A DNA stretch of 64,000 bases from Candidatus Eiseniibacteriota bacterium (GCA_963717505.1 OY970342.1:96001-160000); one strand, 5' to 3'; positions 38,070 through 48,269 are shown, counted from the stretch's first letter. Notes: generated by a model not told the origin, from the letters alone. A program made the numbers and translations.

Positions 38070-39128
38070 GACACCTCACGAAAGGGCAGCGAGACTCGGG
38101 CCAAAACTCCGCCATTGGATTCCGAAAGCTCGAGTCGTCCCCGGTCCCCGTAGAGCTCGGCCAGACGCGCCACCGTGGTCGAGAGCCCGATGCCGTTTCG
38201 GCGGATGGCGTCGAGTCGTCCGGTGTTGAAGATCTCGATCACCAGATTCTCCCCCTCCCGCGCCGAACGAATCGTGATCTTGCCCGGCGCCTCCGCTGCG
38301 CGCGATCCCGTGACGCACGGCGTTCTCGGCCAGCGGTTGGAGCAGCAGCACCGGCATGGCGCCGTGCAGCGTCTCCGGGGCCATCGCCATGTCCACGGTC
38401 ATCCGGTCGGCGAAGCGAATGCGCTGGATCTCGAGGTAGAGCCCGACCGTGCGGGCCTCCTCTTCGAGCGCAACAGTCGCGCCGCCGCGCTCGAGGGCGT
38501 AGCGCAGCAGGTCCGAGAGCCCGGCGATCATCGAGAGCGCCTGCGGATTCTGGCCCGCGCGGACCAAGGCGCCGATCCCGTTCAGCGTGTTGAACAGGAA
38601 GTGCGGCTGGGTCTGAAGCTCGAGCGCCGTCAGGCGCGCCTGCGCCAGCGACGCCTCGAGTTGCGCCGCCCTGCGATCGCGCTCACGCTCGAGCTGCGCC
38701 GCCCGATCGGCGTAATGCGCCAGCACAACCAGACCATAGAGGACCAGTTCGAGCGGCATCTGATAGATCGTGATCGACCTGAAGCGATGCGCGAAGTCGG
38801 TGGGGTTCATCGAATCGTAGGGCACGAGCAGGAACTCGGCCGAAACCCACAGCGTGGTGTGAATGAACGCGAACCCGACGGCCATTGCGAGGTGGAGCAG
38901 GAGCGCTCCGACCCGGGGTGGAGCCAGCGGCACGCGGTGAACGAGCCACACGATCGCGAGCGTGAATGGAATCCATACGCCCCAGACCAGCACCTGACAG
39001 GTGATGACGCGCGCCCACGAGTGGTGGTGCGAGAGCATGCTGATCTGAATTTGAAACGCGGAGATGACCCCGAACAGCATCCAGAAACCGACGATGACCA
39101 GGCGCCGCGCGGTCGCGTGGGAGATCAT
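38066..39128 (-). CDS. LytS/YehU-family sensor histidine kinase, frameshifted near 38293
   Basis: TMs, QPHFLFNTLN, LQPLAENAVRHG; removing one base restores KITIR...NGIGL...LYG, ending at a stop that overlaps the LytTR ATG. Confidence 0.85.
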
Positions 39129-39252
39129 CCGCCGATGATGCCGCTCGAGGGCAACCCACCGCCAGGCGTTGCGGTCAACGGTGTCCTGGGTGCAGCGAAT
39201 CGGACCGGAGTCGGCGGGCAACCCCATGGGCGCGGCGACGAGGCCGCGCCGC

Positions 39253-40083
39253 TCATTCGATCTTCACGACACCCGGGCGGATCGTGCGGAAGCGCCGGAA
39301 CACACTCGGATCGTGCCCCGGCACGATGAGTCGCGGCGCGGCTGCCAGGCGTTTCATGCGGTCCTGTGCCGCCAAGTTCGACGTGGCGTCGAGCGTTTGG
39401 GCGATCGGGACGTGACGATCCAGGTTCTCGTAGAGGTAGACGTTGTCCGAAGCGAGGACGACCGTGCCCTTCGCGGTGCGAACCCCGACGTACTGCGAGG
39501 CGTATGTGTGCTTTCCGCCGGTGTACACGGTGATGCCGGGCAGGATTTCCTGGGCATCCCCGTCCGCGAGCTTCACCCGCCCGGCCGCCTCGAGCCTAGC
39601 AAACATCGCCGCGTCCAGGCTGTCGATCGCGTCGTGTAACGGGCTGCCATCGGCGCCCACGTAGTACTCGTACTCCTCTCGCTGCAGCCAGACTCGGGCG
39701 TTGGGAAACAATTCGGCCCCGCCCGCGTGGTCCCAGTGGACATGGGTGACGATCACGTCGGCGATCGAGTCCGGATCGACTCCAGATCGTCGAACCGCCT
39801 CGGAAGGGCGCACGAAGTCGGCGGGCTTCCACGCGTCGAGAAACTTCTGCTGGAAGAACCCCGCATCCACCAACACGCAACGTTCTCCCGGCCGCTTGAG
39901 GAGCCAGAACATCATCGCGATGTCGGCTGTCCGCGTTGTGTCGGCGCCTGCGACCAGGTAGCGGATCGGAAACGCGGGGACCGTGGCGTAGCGGATCGCG
40001 AAGACTTCCCAGTTTGGGCCTCGGGGAGCGGCGACGGCCCCGGACATCACGCCCAGCAGGAGTGCCGCGCAGGACAGCACCAC
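39253..40083 (-). CDS. Exported metallo-beta-lactamase-fold hydrolase, AHL-lactonase-like
   Basis: LVDAG, THVHWDHAGG, GKHT, ASD, PGHD. Confidence 0.88.
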   Translation of the reverse strand: MVLSCAALLLGVMSGAVAAPRGPNWEVFAIRYATVPAFPIRYLVAGADTTRTADIAMMFWLLKRPGERCVLVDAGFFQQKFLDAWKPADFVRPSEAVRRSGVDPDSIADVIVTHVHWDHAGGAELFPNARVWLQREEYEYYVGADGSPLHDAIDSLDAAMFARLEAAGRVKLADGDAQEILPGITVYTGGKHTYASQYVGVRTAKGTVVLASDNVYLYENLDRHVPIAQTLDATSNLAAQDRMKRLAAAPRLIVPGHDPSVFRRFRTIRPGVVKIE

Positions 40084-40086
40084 GCC

Positions 40087-41619
40087 TTACCTCCCCAGCG
40101 CCCCGCGAATGAACTCCGACACGTCGCGTTTGAGCCGCGCCAGCTCGCCTTCGTGGATGTACATCATGTGTCCGGCCTCGTATTCGCGGGTCGTGACCCG
40201 GGCACGCTCGGCGGGCTCGAGGCCCAGGTGCGCGAGCGTGTACTCGGTGGCGAAGTAAGGGGTGGCCAAGTCGTAGTGTCCCGAGGCGACGAACAGTTTC
40301 ATGTCGGGGTTCTTCGAGAACGCCTGGCGCAGGGGGCCGCTCACGTCGGGGAAGCCGCTGCGGCCGGTGCCACCCCAGTCCCATGTGCCGATGCCGCCGC
40401 CGAGGATGTGGTAGACGCGGTCGGACTTGTAGCCCAGCTCGCCGCGCACGTATTGGTTCAGCATCGCGGTGTAAGGCGGGCGGATCGCGGCGAGGCTCGG
40501 ATCGAAGTCGGGAGTCTCGCCGATCGCGCCGTCGTCGATGCCCTTGAAGCGGCTGTCGAGTCGACCGACCGTGCGGCGCTCGCTTCTCAGCAGCTCCTTG
40601 CAGAAGTGCTGGATGTCCACGCGTAGGTCCGACAGGTCCAGATAGCGGCGGTCGAGTCCGGTGTAGCGGGCGAGCCGATCGAGCGCGGCGGCCCGTGCCG
40701 TGGTGTCGAGCGGGTAGCCCAATGCGAGCGTGCGCGCGTAGTCCCCGGTCGCCCACTCTTCGACCTCGCGCAGCACGAGATTCAGGTCGCGGCTCTGGAG
40801 GTCGGCGGGGAGCTTCTTGTGGTACCACGCGGTCGCGGTGTAGGTCGGCAGGTACAAGACGTAGGGCAGCTCGTTCCCGCGAGTGAATCCGGTGGTCTCG
40901 AAGTTGAGAATCGATGAGACCAGCAGGATGCCGTTGAAGGCGATGCCGCGTTCAACCAGGTAGCCCGAGAGCCCGGCGGCGCGCGTCGTGCCGTAGCTCT
41001 CGCCGACCAGGAAGAGCGGCGAGGCCCAGCGCTGGTTGCGAGTGAGGTAGAGGCGGATGAATTCCCCGACCGACTCGATATCGCCCTGCAGGCCCCAGAA
41101 CTTCTTCCCTAGTTCGGGCTTGGTGGCCCGACTGTAGCCGGTCCCGACCGGGTCGATGAACACGAGATCGGTTTCACCGAGCCAGGTGTCGGGATTGTCG
41201 ACCAGCACGTAGGGCGGGGACGGCATGGCGCCATCGGGTTGCATCTTGACGCGCTTGGGCCCGAGGGCACCCAGGTGGAGCCACACCGACGAGGAGCCCG
41301 GCCCGCCGTTGAAGGAGAACATCAGCGGGCGCTTCGCCGGATCCTGCGATCCGTCCAGCGTGTAGGCGATGAAGAAGATGTCGGCCTCGGTCTCTCCCTC
41401 GTCGTTCTTGAACGGCAGCATTCCAGTCGTGACCGTGTAGGCCAGGGTCTTTCCGCCCGCGCTCAGGCGATGACGGGTGACGACCGGGGCGGTGGTGTCC
41501 GCCTTCGCCTTCTCCTTGTCTTCGGTCTTGGGCTTATCTGCCGAATGCCCGGGCGGCGCCGCCAGGGCGACGAGGAGAATCGTGACGAGAGGTGACGGAC
41601 TCCAGTGTGGATTCCACAT
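40087..41619 (-). CDS. Serine carboxypeptidase, S10 family, exported
   Basis: FNGGPGSSS, IDPVGTGYS, GESYG, DLATP, GHMMY. Confidence 0.93.
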   Translation of the reverse strand: MWNPHWSPSPLVTILLVALAAPPGHSADKPKTEDKEKAKADTTAPVVTRHRLSAGGKTLAYTVTTGMLPFKNDEGETEADIFFIAYTLDGSQDPAKRPLMFSFNGGPGSSSVWLHLGALGPKRVKMQPDGAMPSPPYVLVDNPDTWLGETDLVFIDPVGTGYSRATKPELGKKFWGLQGDIESVGEFIRLYLTRNQRWASPLFLVGESYGTTRAAGLSGYLVERGIAFNGILLVSSILNFETTGFTRGNELPYVLYLPTYTATAWYHKKLPADLQSRDLNLVLREVEEWATGDYARTLALGYPLDTTARAAALDRLARYTGLDRRYLDLSDLRVDIQHFCKELLRSERRTVGRLDSRFKGIDDGAIGETPDFDPSLAAIRPPYTAMLNQYVRGELGYKSDRVYHILGGGIGTWDWGGTGRSGFPDVSGPLRQAFSKNPDMKLFVASGHYDLATPYFATEYTLAHLGLEPAERARVTTREYEAGHMMYIHEGELARLKRDVSEFIRGALGR

Positions 41620-41638
41620 GGGCTGGCTCCTGGAGGAT

Positions 41639-43138
41639 CTACTTCGCCAGCTCGTACAGGTACTGCGCGAAGGACAACACCGCGCCGTCGAAGCCCTGCA
41701 CGTTCGGGTTCGCGGACTCGATCACGTAGTACTCGTCCGGGGCATGCGCGCCGCCGCCGTGGCCGAGACCGAAGTGGCCCGAGGCGAGCTTCAGCGGCTC
41801 GCCCGTGAACACGTAGCCCGGGTACGAGCCCGCATTGCGCGGCCACAGCACCGGCTCGATACCCGCGCGCTTCAACAGCGCGACCTGCGCCTGGATGAGT
41901 CGCGCCGACGCCGGCGTGGCGGTCGGGTCGTAGCCGCCGGTCACGTTCACCTCGATGTCGCCGAAGCCGTGCGCCGCGAGATGAGCCACGAGCGCCGCGA
42001 CGGCGGCGTCCTTCTTCATGTCGGGCACCAGCCGCAGATCCAGCTTTGCGGCTGCGCGGTGCGGCAGGATCGTCTTGCCGCCGGGGCCGGTGTAGCCGCC
42101 CACCAGTCCCTCGATGTTCACCGTCGGCTGCGACTCGAGCCGCTCGTTCGCCTGCACCCACGGCAGGTCGTCGATCCAGTGCGAGACCGAGAGCGACTTC
42201 TTCGACCTCTCCTCGCTCCGCCGCTTGGCGGCCTCGGCGATCATCGCGCGCTCCTCGTCCGAGAGCGGGCGCGGCTTGGGATAGTTGTCGATGGTGATGG
42301 TGTTGCCGTCCTCGGAGACCAGCGTGTCGAGCGCCTTGATGAGATGCCACGCCGGGCTGTCCACCATCGCCTTCAGCGACGAATGGATGTCCTTCGCCGG
42401 CCCCCGGCCCCACTTCTCGCCGCTCGAGACCAGCTCCAGCTCGACCACGCCCTTGGCGCCGAGGCTCACCGTGACGATGCCGTCGGGATCCTGCGACGCC
42501 GACGGCATGAACACGCCGACGCAGCGGCGGAGCGCCGCCTCGACCTCGGGCCGGTGCACGATCTGCCCGATGTGGGGCGAGCCGATCTCTTCCTCGCCTT
42601 CGGCGACGAGCACGAGGTTGACCGGCAGCTTCTTGCCGGCGCCGCGAATGGCGTGCAGCGCCGCGAGGAGCGCCGCCTCGGGCCCCTTCTGGTTCACCGC
42701 GCCCCGGCCCATGATCACCTTGCCGAAGCCGGGCTTGTCCACGATGCGCGCCTCGAGCGGCGGCGACGACCACTCGGCGGGGTCGTACTGCTTCACGTCG
42801 TACATGAAGTAGAGGCCCACCGTCTTCTTCGCGCCCGCATCGAGCGTGGCGAACACGCCCGGCTTCCCGTCGGTGGCCACGATCGTCACCTGCTGGAAGC
42901 CGGCGTCTCGCGCCAGCTGCGCCATGCGCTCGGCACCCTCCGCGGAGTTCAGGCTCTCGGCCGCGATGGACGGCAGCGCGATCCAATCTTGAAGCCGCTT
43001 CACCGCCTCATCGTGCCGCTTGGCGATTTCTCGTTTGAGGTCGGCGAAATCGTCCGCCGCACGGGCGATGCCGGGTGCGGCGAGGGCAAGGGCGAGTAGT
43101 GTCACGACGGTTGTCGCGCGAACATCGAATCGAGCCAT
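41639..43138 (-). CDS. M20/M25/M40-family metallopeptidase, exported
   Basis: Signal peptide, MYDV, GRGAVNQKGP, EGEEEIGS, AHAPDEY. Confidence 0.92.
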   Translation of the reverse strand: MARFDVRATTVVTLLALALAAPGIARAADDFADLKREIAKRHDEAVKRLQDWIALPSIAAESLNSAEGAERMAQLARDAGFQQVTIVATDGKPGVFATLDAGAKKTVGLYFMYDVKQYDPAEWSSPPLEARIVDKPGFGKVIMGRGAVNQKGPEAALLAALHAIRGAGKKLPVNLVLVAEGEEEIGSPHIGQIVHRPEVEAALRRCVGVFMPSASQDPDGIVTVSLGAKGVVELELVSSGEKWGRGPAKDIHSSLKAMVDSPAWHLIKALDTLVSEDGNTITIDNYPKPRPLSDEERAMIAEAAKRRSEERSKKSLSVSHWIDDLPWVQANERLESQPTVNIEGLVGGYTGPGGKTILPHRAAAKLDLRLVPDMKKDAAVAALVAHLAAHGFGDIEVNVTGGYDPTATPASARLIQAQVALLKRAGIEPVLWPRNAGSYPGYVFTGEPLKLASGHFGLGHGGGAHAPDEYYVIESANPNVQGFDGAVLSFAQYLYELAK

Positions 43139-43264
43139 GGGGCACTCCCAGGGGTCAGTGTTGCGGCACGCTCCGGCGCCGTCGCCTCGAAGAAATATCC
43201 ATCGCGGCGATGTGAGGCGCGGAGTCTACGTCCGCGAGGTGGCGGGCTCCAATGGCCTGAGAAT

Positions 43265-43300
43265 CGAACTATTGTTCGTAGGGTCGATTTCGCTCATAAT
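43265..43300 (+). promoter_or_regulatory. Sigma70 promoter overlapped by a CGAAC-N4-GTTCG palindrome
   Basis: TTGTTC-N17-CATAAT; CGAACTATTGTTCG at 43265-43278 covers the -35. Confidence 0.55.
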
Positions 43301-43345
43301 TGCACAGCCAGCCCGACCCGACATCCGTAGCAAAAGGAGATCCTC

Positions 43346-44635
43346 ATGCAACGCTGGCTTGCTCTTCTCGCCCTCGTCACAACTGCATCGGTCGCCGGCT
43401 GCGGTCGCCAGTTACCGCTGGCGCCGGTCGGCAACAGCGCGCCCGAAGGGGCCTCGCCCTTCGTTCTCGTGTCCGCCCTGGATCCCCGCCTGCCTGGGCC
43501 GCTCCTCGAGTCCGACGACGCGCCGCTTGACGAGCGCACATTGCTCGAGGGGACCCTTCGAGGCCGCGGAGAGAGCAGATCCTCATCCAACAACCCCGCT
43601 GTCTTCTGGAGCGAGCGCTGCACGCAATACGGCCTCGCCGGCCGATTGCCGCCTCCGCTGATGGCGCGCGCATACGCGCTCACCCACATCGCGATCTACG
43701 ACGCGCTGATCGCCAGTGGACATCCGCGGCGCGGCAGTCTACCCGAACCAGCGGCTGCAGCCGGTGCGGCATCCAAGGTGCTGATCTACCTGTTCCCGGG
43801 GAACTCGGCTGAAATCATGTCCGCCGCGATCGCCGAAGCCGACATGGGTGGGCGACGTTCGGAATCGGCCCGTCGCGCCTGGCTTCTCGGACGCGCCGTC
43901 GGGCAGCTGCTGGTGATCTACGGACGTCACGACCGCAGCAACACCGGCTGGGACGGCTCGATGCCCAGCGGAGAAGGCATTTGGTCCGGAACCAACCCGG
44001 CGCTTCCGATGTGCGGCACCTGGAAGACCTGGTTCACGTCGTCGGGCGCCGAGTTCCAGCCCGAGCCGCCCTACACCTTTGGCTCGCCCGAGGATCTCGC
44101 AGACGTTGAGGCGGTCTATCAGGCCTCGCTCCATCCGACCCCCGAGCAAGTCGCGATCGTTCACAAGTGGGCGGATATGCCGCCCCCTACGATCTGGTGC
44201 GGACTGCTCAACGAGCAGATTCTACGCAATCGGCTCGGGACTCTCGCCTCCGCCCGCGCCCACGCGTTCCTCAACGCGACGATGTTCGACGCATTCGTCT
44301 CCTGCTGGCGGACCAAGTACCACTACTGGACAGCGCGCCCGTTCCAGCGAGTCCCAGGCCTGGTGACCGTGATTCCAACGCCGAACTTCCCGACGTACAC
44401 CTCGGGCCACTCGACCATTTCGGGGGCGGCGGCACAGGTCATGGCTGCGCTGTTCCCGGCCGACGCAGCGGACTTCCAGGCCCAGGCCGACGAAGCCGCG
44501 ATGTCGCGTCTCTGGGGCGGTATCCACTTCCCGCACGACAACGACGCCGGTCTCGCCGTCGGCCGGCAGATCGGAGCCAAGGCAGTGCGAGCGATGGCCG
44601 GCCGTCGCGATATTGGGCCGATCGCAGCCCGCTAG
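43346..44635 (+). CDS. Vanadium-dependent haloperoxidase / PAP2-superfamily lipoprotein
   Basis: Lipobox VAGC; K-x6-RP (KYHYWTARP), PTYTSGH, SRLWGGIHF..D; RBS AAGGAG. Confidence 0.88.
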   Translation: MQRWLALLALVTTASVAGCGRQLPLAPVGNSAPEGASPFVLVSALDPRLPGPLLESDDAPLDERTLLEGTLRGRGESRSSSNNPAVFWSERCTQYGLAGRLPPPLMARAYALTHIAIYDALIASGHPRRGSLPEPAAAAGAASKVLIYLFPGNSAEIMSAAIAEADMGGRRSESARRAWLLGRAVGQLLVIYGRHDRSNTGWDGSMPSGEGIWSGTNPALPMCGTWKTWFTSSGAEFQPEPPYTFGSPEDLADVEAVYQASLHPTPEQVAIVHKWADMPPPTIWCGLLNEQILRNRLGTLASARAHAFLNATMFDAFVSCWRTKYHYWTARPFQRVPGLVTVIPTPNFPTYTSGHSTISGAAAQVMAALFPADAADFQAQADEAAMSRLWGGIHFPHDNDAGLAVGRQIGAKAVRAMAGRRDIGPIAAR

Positions 44636-44717
44636 ATCCGGGAATGCCGGGTCGGGCTTCACCGATCGCGACGCACAGTTCCGACAAAGTCGAACAGAGC
44701 GCTCAATGACTGTGGAC

Positions 44718-44758
44718 GCGAGTCGAGCCGGGGAGCACATGCTCCCCGGCTCGCTCGC
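44718..44758. repeat. Long near-perfect inverted repeat
   Basis: CGAGCCGGGGAGCA-CA-TGCTCCCCGGCTCG, extended by GCGAG/CTCGC. Confidence 0.75.
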
Positions 44759-44778
44759 TCGCTCGCCGGTGGGCGGAC

Positions 44779-44919
44779 GTGAATGCCGGCGCCGTGGCCG
44801 ACGTTCAAACCGGCGGCGTTGCCTACCTCGCGCACGTTGGTGGGTCCGTCTTCGGGGCGGCGACGGCGCGGCTGTTCGAATTGCCGCGCCAGGTCGCCGC
44901 CCGCAGGCTGATCATCTAA
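44779..44919 (+). pseudogene. C-terminal relic of a rhomboid protease gene
   Basis: Reads GAVADVQTGGVAYLAHVGGSVFGAATARLFE; GGVAYxAHxGG is the rhomboid TM6 motif; no upstream part of the gene. Confidence 0.7.
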
Positions 44920-44941
44920 CTCGAGTGGTCTCGCACTCCTG

Positions 44942-45514
44942 CTATGCCGGCTTCGGAGTCATCTGGTGGACGATGCCGCGCAGGCGGAAGCCGAGCATGA
45001 TGAGCAGCACGCCGAACAGCGTCGCGTACCAGCCGATGATCCACATGACCGCGAGCGCACCGGCGCCGGGCCGCGCGAGCATGAGAACTCCGAATGCGAT
45101 CGACAGCAGGCCGCCGAGACCCAGCATCCACTCGTTGTCGATGACCTTGCGCAACCGGATCGCGGCGGCGATCTGGAAGATGCCGATGGCAAGCGCCCAG
45201 CCCGCGATGAAGACGAGCAGCACCAGTGCCGTCATGCCGGGCCAGACGAACGTGAGAATGCCCGCCGCGATCCCGAGCAGCCCAATCACGACGAGCGACC
45301 ACATCGGCTTGCCGCCGTCGCGAATCCGGAACCCCGCGACGAGTGCGAACACACCATCGGCGATGGCGTAGGCGCCCCAGACGATGACCAGCACCGCCAG
45401 CGTGATCCCCGGCATCAGGAACGCGGCCAGCCCGAACAGAATGGCGACGAAGCCACGCAACACGATCCAGCCCCAGCTCGCGCGGAGGTGACCCATCATC
45501 GCATTCATTGCCAT
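44942..45514 (-). CDS. HdeD/DUF308-family membrane protein
   Basis: W...LRG..AILFG...PG.T repeat, six TMs; RBS GAGGAGG. Confidence 0.88.
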   Translation of the reverse strand: MAMNAMMGHLRASWGWIVLRGFVAILFGLAAFLMPGITLAVLVIVWGAYAIADGVFALVAGFRIRDGGKPMWSLVVIGLLGIAAGILTFVWPGMTALVLLVFIAGWALAIGIFQIAAAIRLRKVIDNEWMLGLGGLLSIAFGVLMLARPGAGALAVMWIIGWYATLFGVLLIMLGFRLRGIVHQMTPKPA

Positions 45515-45848
45515 AGCGTCCTCCTCGATCGCCGCACCGAACGCGCTCCGGCGGCCGCGGCACGCTTCCGGAGGGTTCTGCAAATGAGCGCGAGGGATAC
45601 TACGCCCAATATGCGAGGCTGTCTCCCGTCACTTCAGGACGATCGGCACCACGGGCCCAGAGTGCGCTCATTCACTTGGTCAGCCACGATGGATCGGACG
45701 ATCCGACATTGTTGGCGCGGAGCGGCCGATGGTTCTCGCACAATTCTGACACGGTCCAGATGTGCGTCCTCTGCCGTTGCGCCCGGCCGAGGTCCTTCCT
45801 TGACGATCAAGTAAGATGGCCGGTCAACTGCATCGCAACGCTCCAGCT

Positions 45849-46526
45849 TCAGAAGCCCACTTCCGCCGAGATCACGACGGTGGGTTCTTCCCATCCCATA
45901 TTGAAAACGTGGGCCGTGAAGTCCATATCCTTGTAAGAGACGCCGGTCAGGAGACCGCGCTGGACGTCCAGTCCGGTTTCATAGGCGCGGGTTCGCTGTG
46001 CGACGAGGCCGACTCGCCACCATTCCGCCGGAGAGATGGTGAGCTCGGTCCAAACATAAAAGAAGTCTCCGGAGCCGCCCTCGAAATCGAAGACGTACTC
46101 GCCCTGGGAGTAGAACGCGAGCTTCGACCAGCCCAGTGTCAGTCCGTAGCCGGGAGCGATGCCCCTGAGATCGCCAAACATGCCGCCCAGCATTGGGGTG
46201 AAGTCCAAATGCAGCTGCGTGCCGGACTCAAAAGGATATCCGAGCCACACCGAGCCGGTCTCCAGCGCTTCGTAGTTGTACCGGGCCTCGAGATGCAGCC
46301 GACTGTGATCCGCAGTGAAGGTCGGCTGGGCATAGTCGCGGTCCTCGGGCACGAAATAACCGTAGACCGAGGCAGAGTAGGACCAAGCGCGACCGTCGGC
46401 GTCCCCGGTCACGACGTTGAGTGCTTGGGCCGCCGGCGCAGGCTCGGTCCTCCCCCCTGCGGCTGCGTGGCCCGCCGCAAGGATGAGCGCGGCGACCGTC
46501 ATTCCGAGTCTGTGTCTTGCGATCAT
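45849..46526 (-). CDS. Putative outer-membrane beta-barrel protein
   Basis: Signal peptide, LEARYNYE motif, aromatic strands, C-terminal F. Confidence 0.7.
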   Translation of the reverse strand: MIARHRLGMTVAALILAAGHAAAGGRTEPAPAAQALNVVTGDADGRAWSYSASVYGYFVPEDRDYAQPTFTADHSRLHLEARYNYEALETGSVWLGYPFESGTQLHLDFTPMLGGMFGDLRGIAPGYGLTLGWSKLAFYSQGEYVFDFEGGSGDFFYVWTELTISPAEWWRVGLVAQRTRAYETGLDVQRGLLTGVSYKDMDFTAHVFNMGWEEPTVVISAEVGF

Positions 46527-47182
46527 CCGCCAAGCGCGATCGTGAGCCAGACCAGTCCGCCCCCCAGCAGCACCATGGCGATGCCCATTCGCCATGCCCC
46601 ATGCCCGAGACAACGACCGTGCGCGTAGCCGACGAGGAACATCATCGAAACGGCGATGCCGTGGGAGGTGCGAAGCGCGCGCGCACCGTCGTGTACGAAT
46701 ATGAATGGGATCACGACAGGAAGCGTAGAAAGAACCAGGAGGAGCGCGATGCTGACGGCGCCGAACCAGTCGTCCTTGTCGAGCCGCGCGTGCGCGGGCG
46801 GTTCAGGAAGTCGCACCAGCCGTTCACGGATGGCCTCGAGCTCCGCGGGCCCGATTATGGACGCGACGACCTGCGGTAGGGCGCTGGCGATGGCTCGCTG
46901 CCCCGCCGTGGGATCGGCGGCTGCGCGCACCGCGCGCAAGGTGAGCAAGCCGCGGCCCTTTTCTGCCAGGCGATCCATGAGATAGAAGGCGCCATCGACG
47001 ATTCCCCAGGCCAGGCTGCACCCGAGTGCGCCGACTAGCATCCAACGAACTTCCGTACGCCCGAATGACGCGACGCTGAGCGACCCGGTGAAGGTGAGAA
47101 CCATGATCAGACCAAAGAGCACTTCGGAGAGGCGCTCAATCGGATCGAGGACGTGCTTTAGAGACTTTTTCGCGGAGTCCAT
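46523..47182 (-). CDS. VIT1/CCC1-like membrane protein
   Basis: LDPIERLSEVLFGLIMVLTFT, AWGIVDG, PVVIPF; about five TMs. Confidence 0.75.
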   Translation of the reverse strand: MDSAKKSLKHVLDPIERLSEVLFGLIMVLTFTGSLSVASFGRTEVRWMLVGALGCSLAWGIVDGAFYLMDRLAEKGRGLLTLRAVRAAADPTAGQRAIASALPQVVASIIGPAELEAIRERLVRLPEPPAHARLDKDDWFGAVSIALLLVLSTLPVVIPFIFVHDGARALRTSHGIAVSMMFLVGYAHGRCLGHGAWRMGIAMVLLGGGLVWLTIALGG

Positions 47183-47360
47183 TGGCGCACCGCTTCGAGG
47201 TGGTTGGTTTCTTCCCAGGATCGCGGCCCGTGTCAGCGCGGCGCGGCCGAGGCAGGGGTTCGGCGACAGCAGCGCATCCTATCGTCGTCCCGACGAGGAG
47301 GGAAGAAGGACCGCGACAGTCACGGCGTTGTCTACGAGTTCACCGCCCGCGCGCCGCGTC

Positions 47361-48269
47361 GTGCGGCTCCGGACGGCTCTGCTCGCGGCCACCATCGCGT
47401 GCGGCCTGGCCACCCGGGCGAGCGCCCAGGACCTCGAGCCTCGGTCGTACTCGCCGTCACCGGTCGGCCTCAACTTCGCGGTGGTCTCGTACAGCTACTC
47501 GAGCGGTGCGGTGATTGTCGACCCATCACTCCCGCTTTCCGACGTCAAGGCCTCTATGAACGGCGTCGTGCTGGGATGGGGCCGCACGTTTGGCGTGGTC
47601 GGCCGACAGGCGCAGGTGGCCGCGTCCATCCCGTTTGCATTCGGCGAGGTGAGCGGCAATGTCCTCGAGCAGCGACAGAGCATCACGCGGTCTGGGCTCG
47701 CCGATGTCAGGGCCAGGTTCTCCGTCAACCTCTACGGCAATCCGGCCCAGACGCCGCGCGAGTTCGCCGCGCGGACGCATCGCTCACCCTACGCCGGCAC
47801 CAGCCTGACGGTCTCGGCACCGACCGGCCAATATCATGGGGACAAGCTCATCAACCTCGGGACCAACCGGTGGGCCTTCAGACCCGACCTCGGTGTCGGA
47901 GTTCCCTGGAAGCGGTTCGACTTGGAGGCGCAGGCCGGCGCCTGGCTCTACACCGAGAACCCGGACTTCTATCCGGGAGGCGCCGCCCGCCAGCAGGATG
48001 CGTTGTGGACGCTGCGCGCGCACGTCAGCTACACGTTCCGGCCGTCCTTGTGGCTGGCGGTCGACGGCACTTGGTATGGCGGTGGCGCGGCCTCGGTCGA
48101 AGGCGGCCCCAAGAGCGCGAAGCTCGACAACAGTCGCTACGGTGCGACGCTGTCGTACCCGCTGAACGCGAGCCAGTCGCTCAAGATCGCCTATAGCAGG
48201 GGCGCCATCGTGCGCGTGAGCTCGAACTTCAGCACGGTCTCGGCGTCCTGGCAGCTGCGCTGGTTTTGA
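47361..48269 (+). CDS. Outer-membrane transporter (MetA-pathway-like beta-barrel)
   Basis: Signal ASA|QDLEPRSYS, APTGQY...INLGTNRW, C-terminal WF; start uncertain. Confidence 0.8.
   Translation: MRLRTALLAATIACGLATRASAQDLEPRSYSPSPVGLNFAVVSYSYSSGAVIVDPSLPLSDVKASMNGVVLGWGRTFGVVGRQAQVAASIPFAFGEVSGNVLEQRQSITRSGLADVRARFSVNLYGNPAQTPREFAARTHRSPYAGTSLTVSAPTGQYHGDKLINLGTNRWAFRPDLGVGVPWKRFDLEAQAGAWLYTENPDFYPGGAARQQDALWTLRAHVSYTFRPSLWLAVDGTWYGGGAASVEGGPKSAKLDNSRYGATLSYPLNASQSLKIAYSRGAIVRVSSNFSTVSASWQLRWF

Noticed and set aside
38285-38300. Frameshift in the LytS kinase as programmed frameshifting or phase variation
   Set aside because: One extra base in a 2-nt run with no slippery sequence or repeat tract; most likely an assembly indel
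44913-44925. Integron attC site (ATCTAAC; also GTTAGGC near 28644)
   Set aside because: No matching partner box at cassette distance and no integrase
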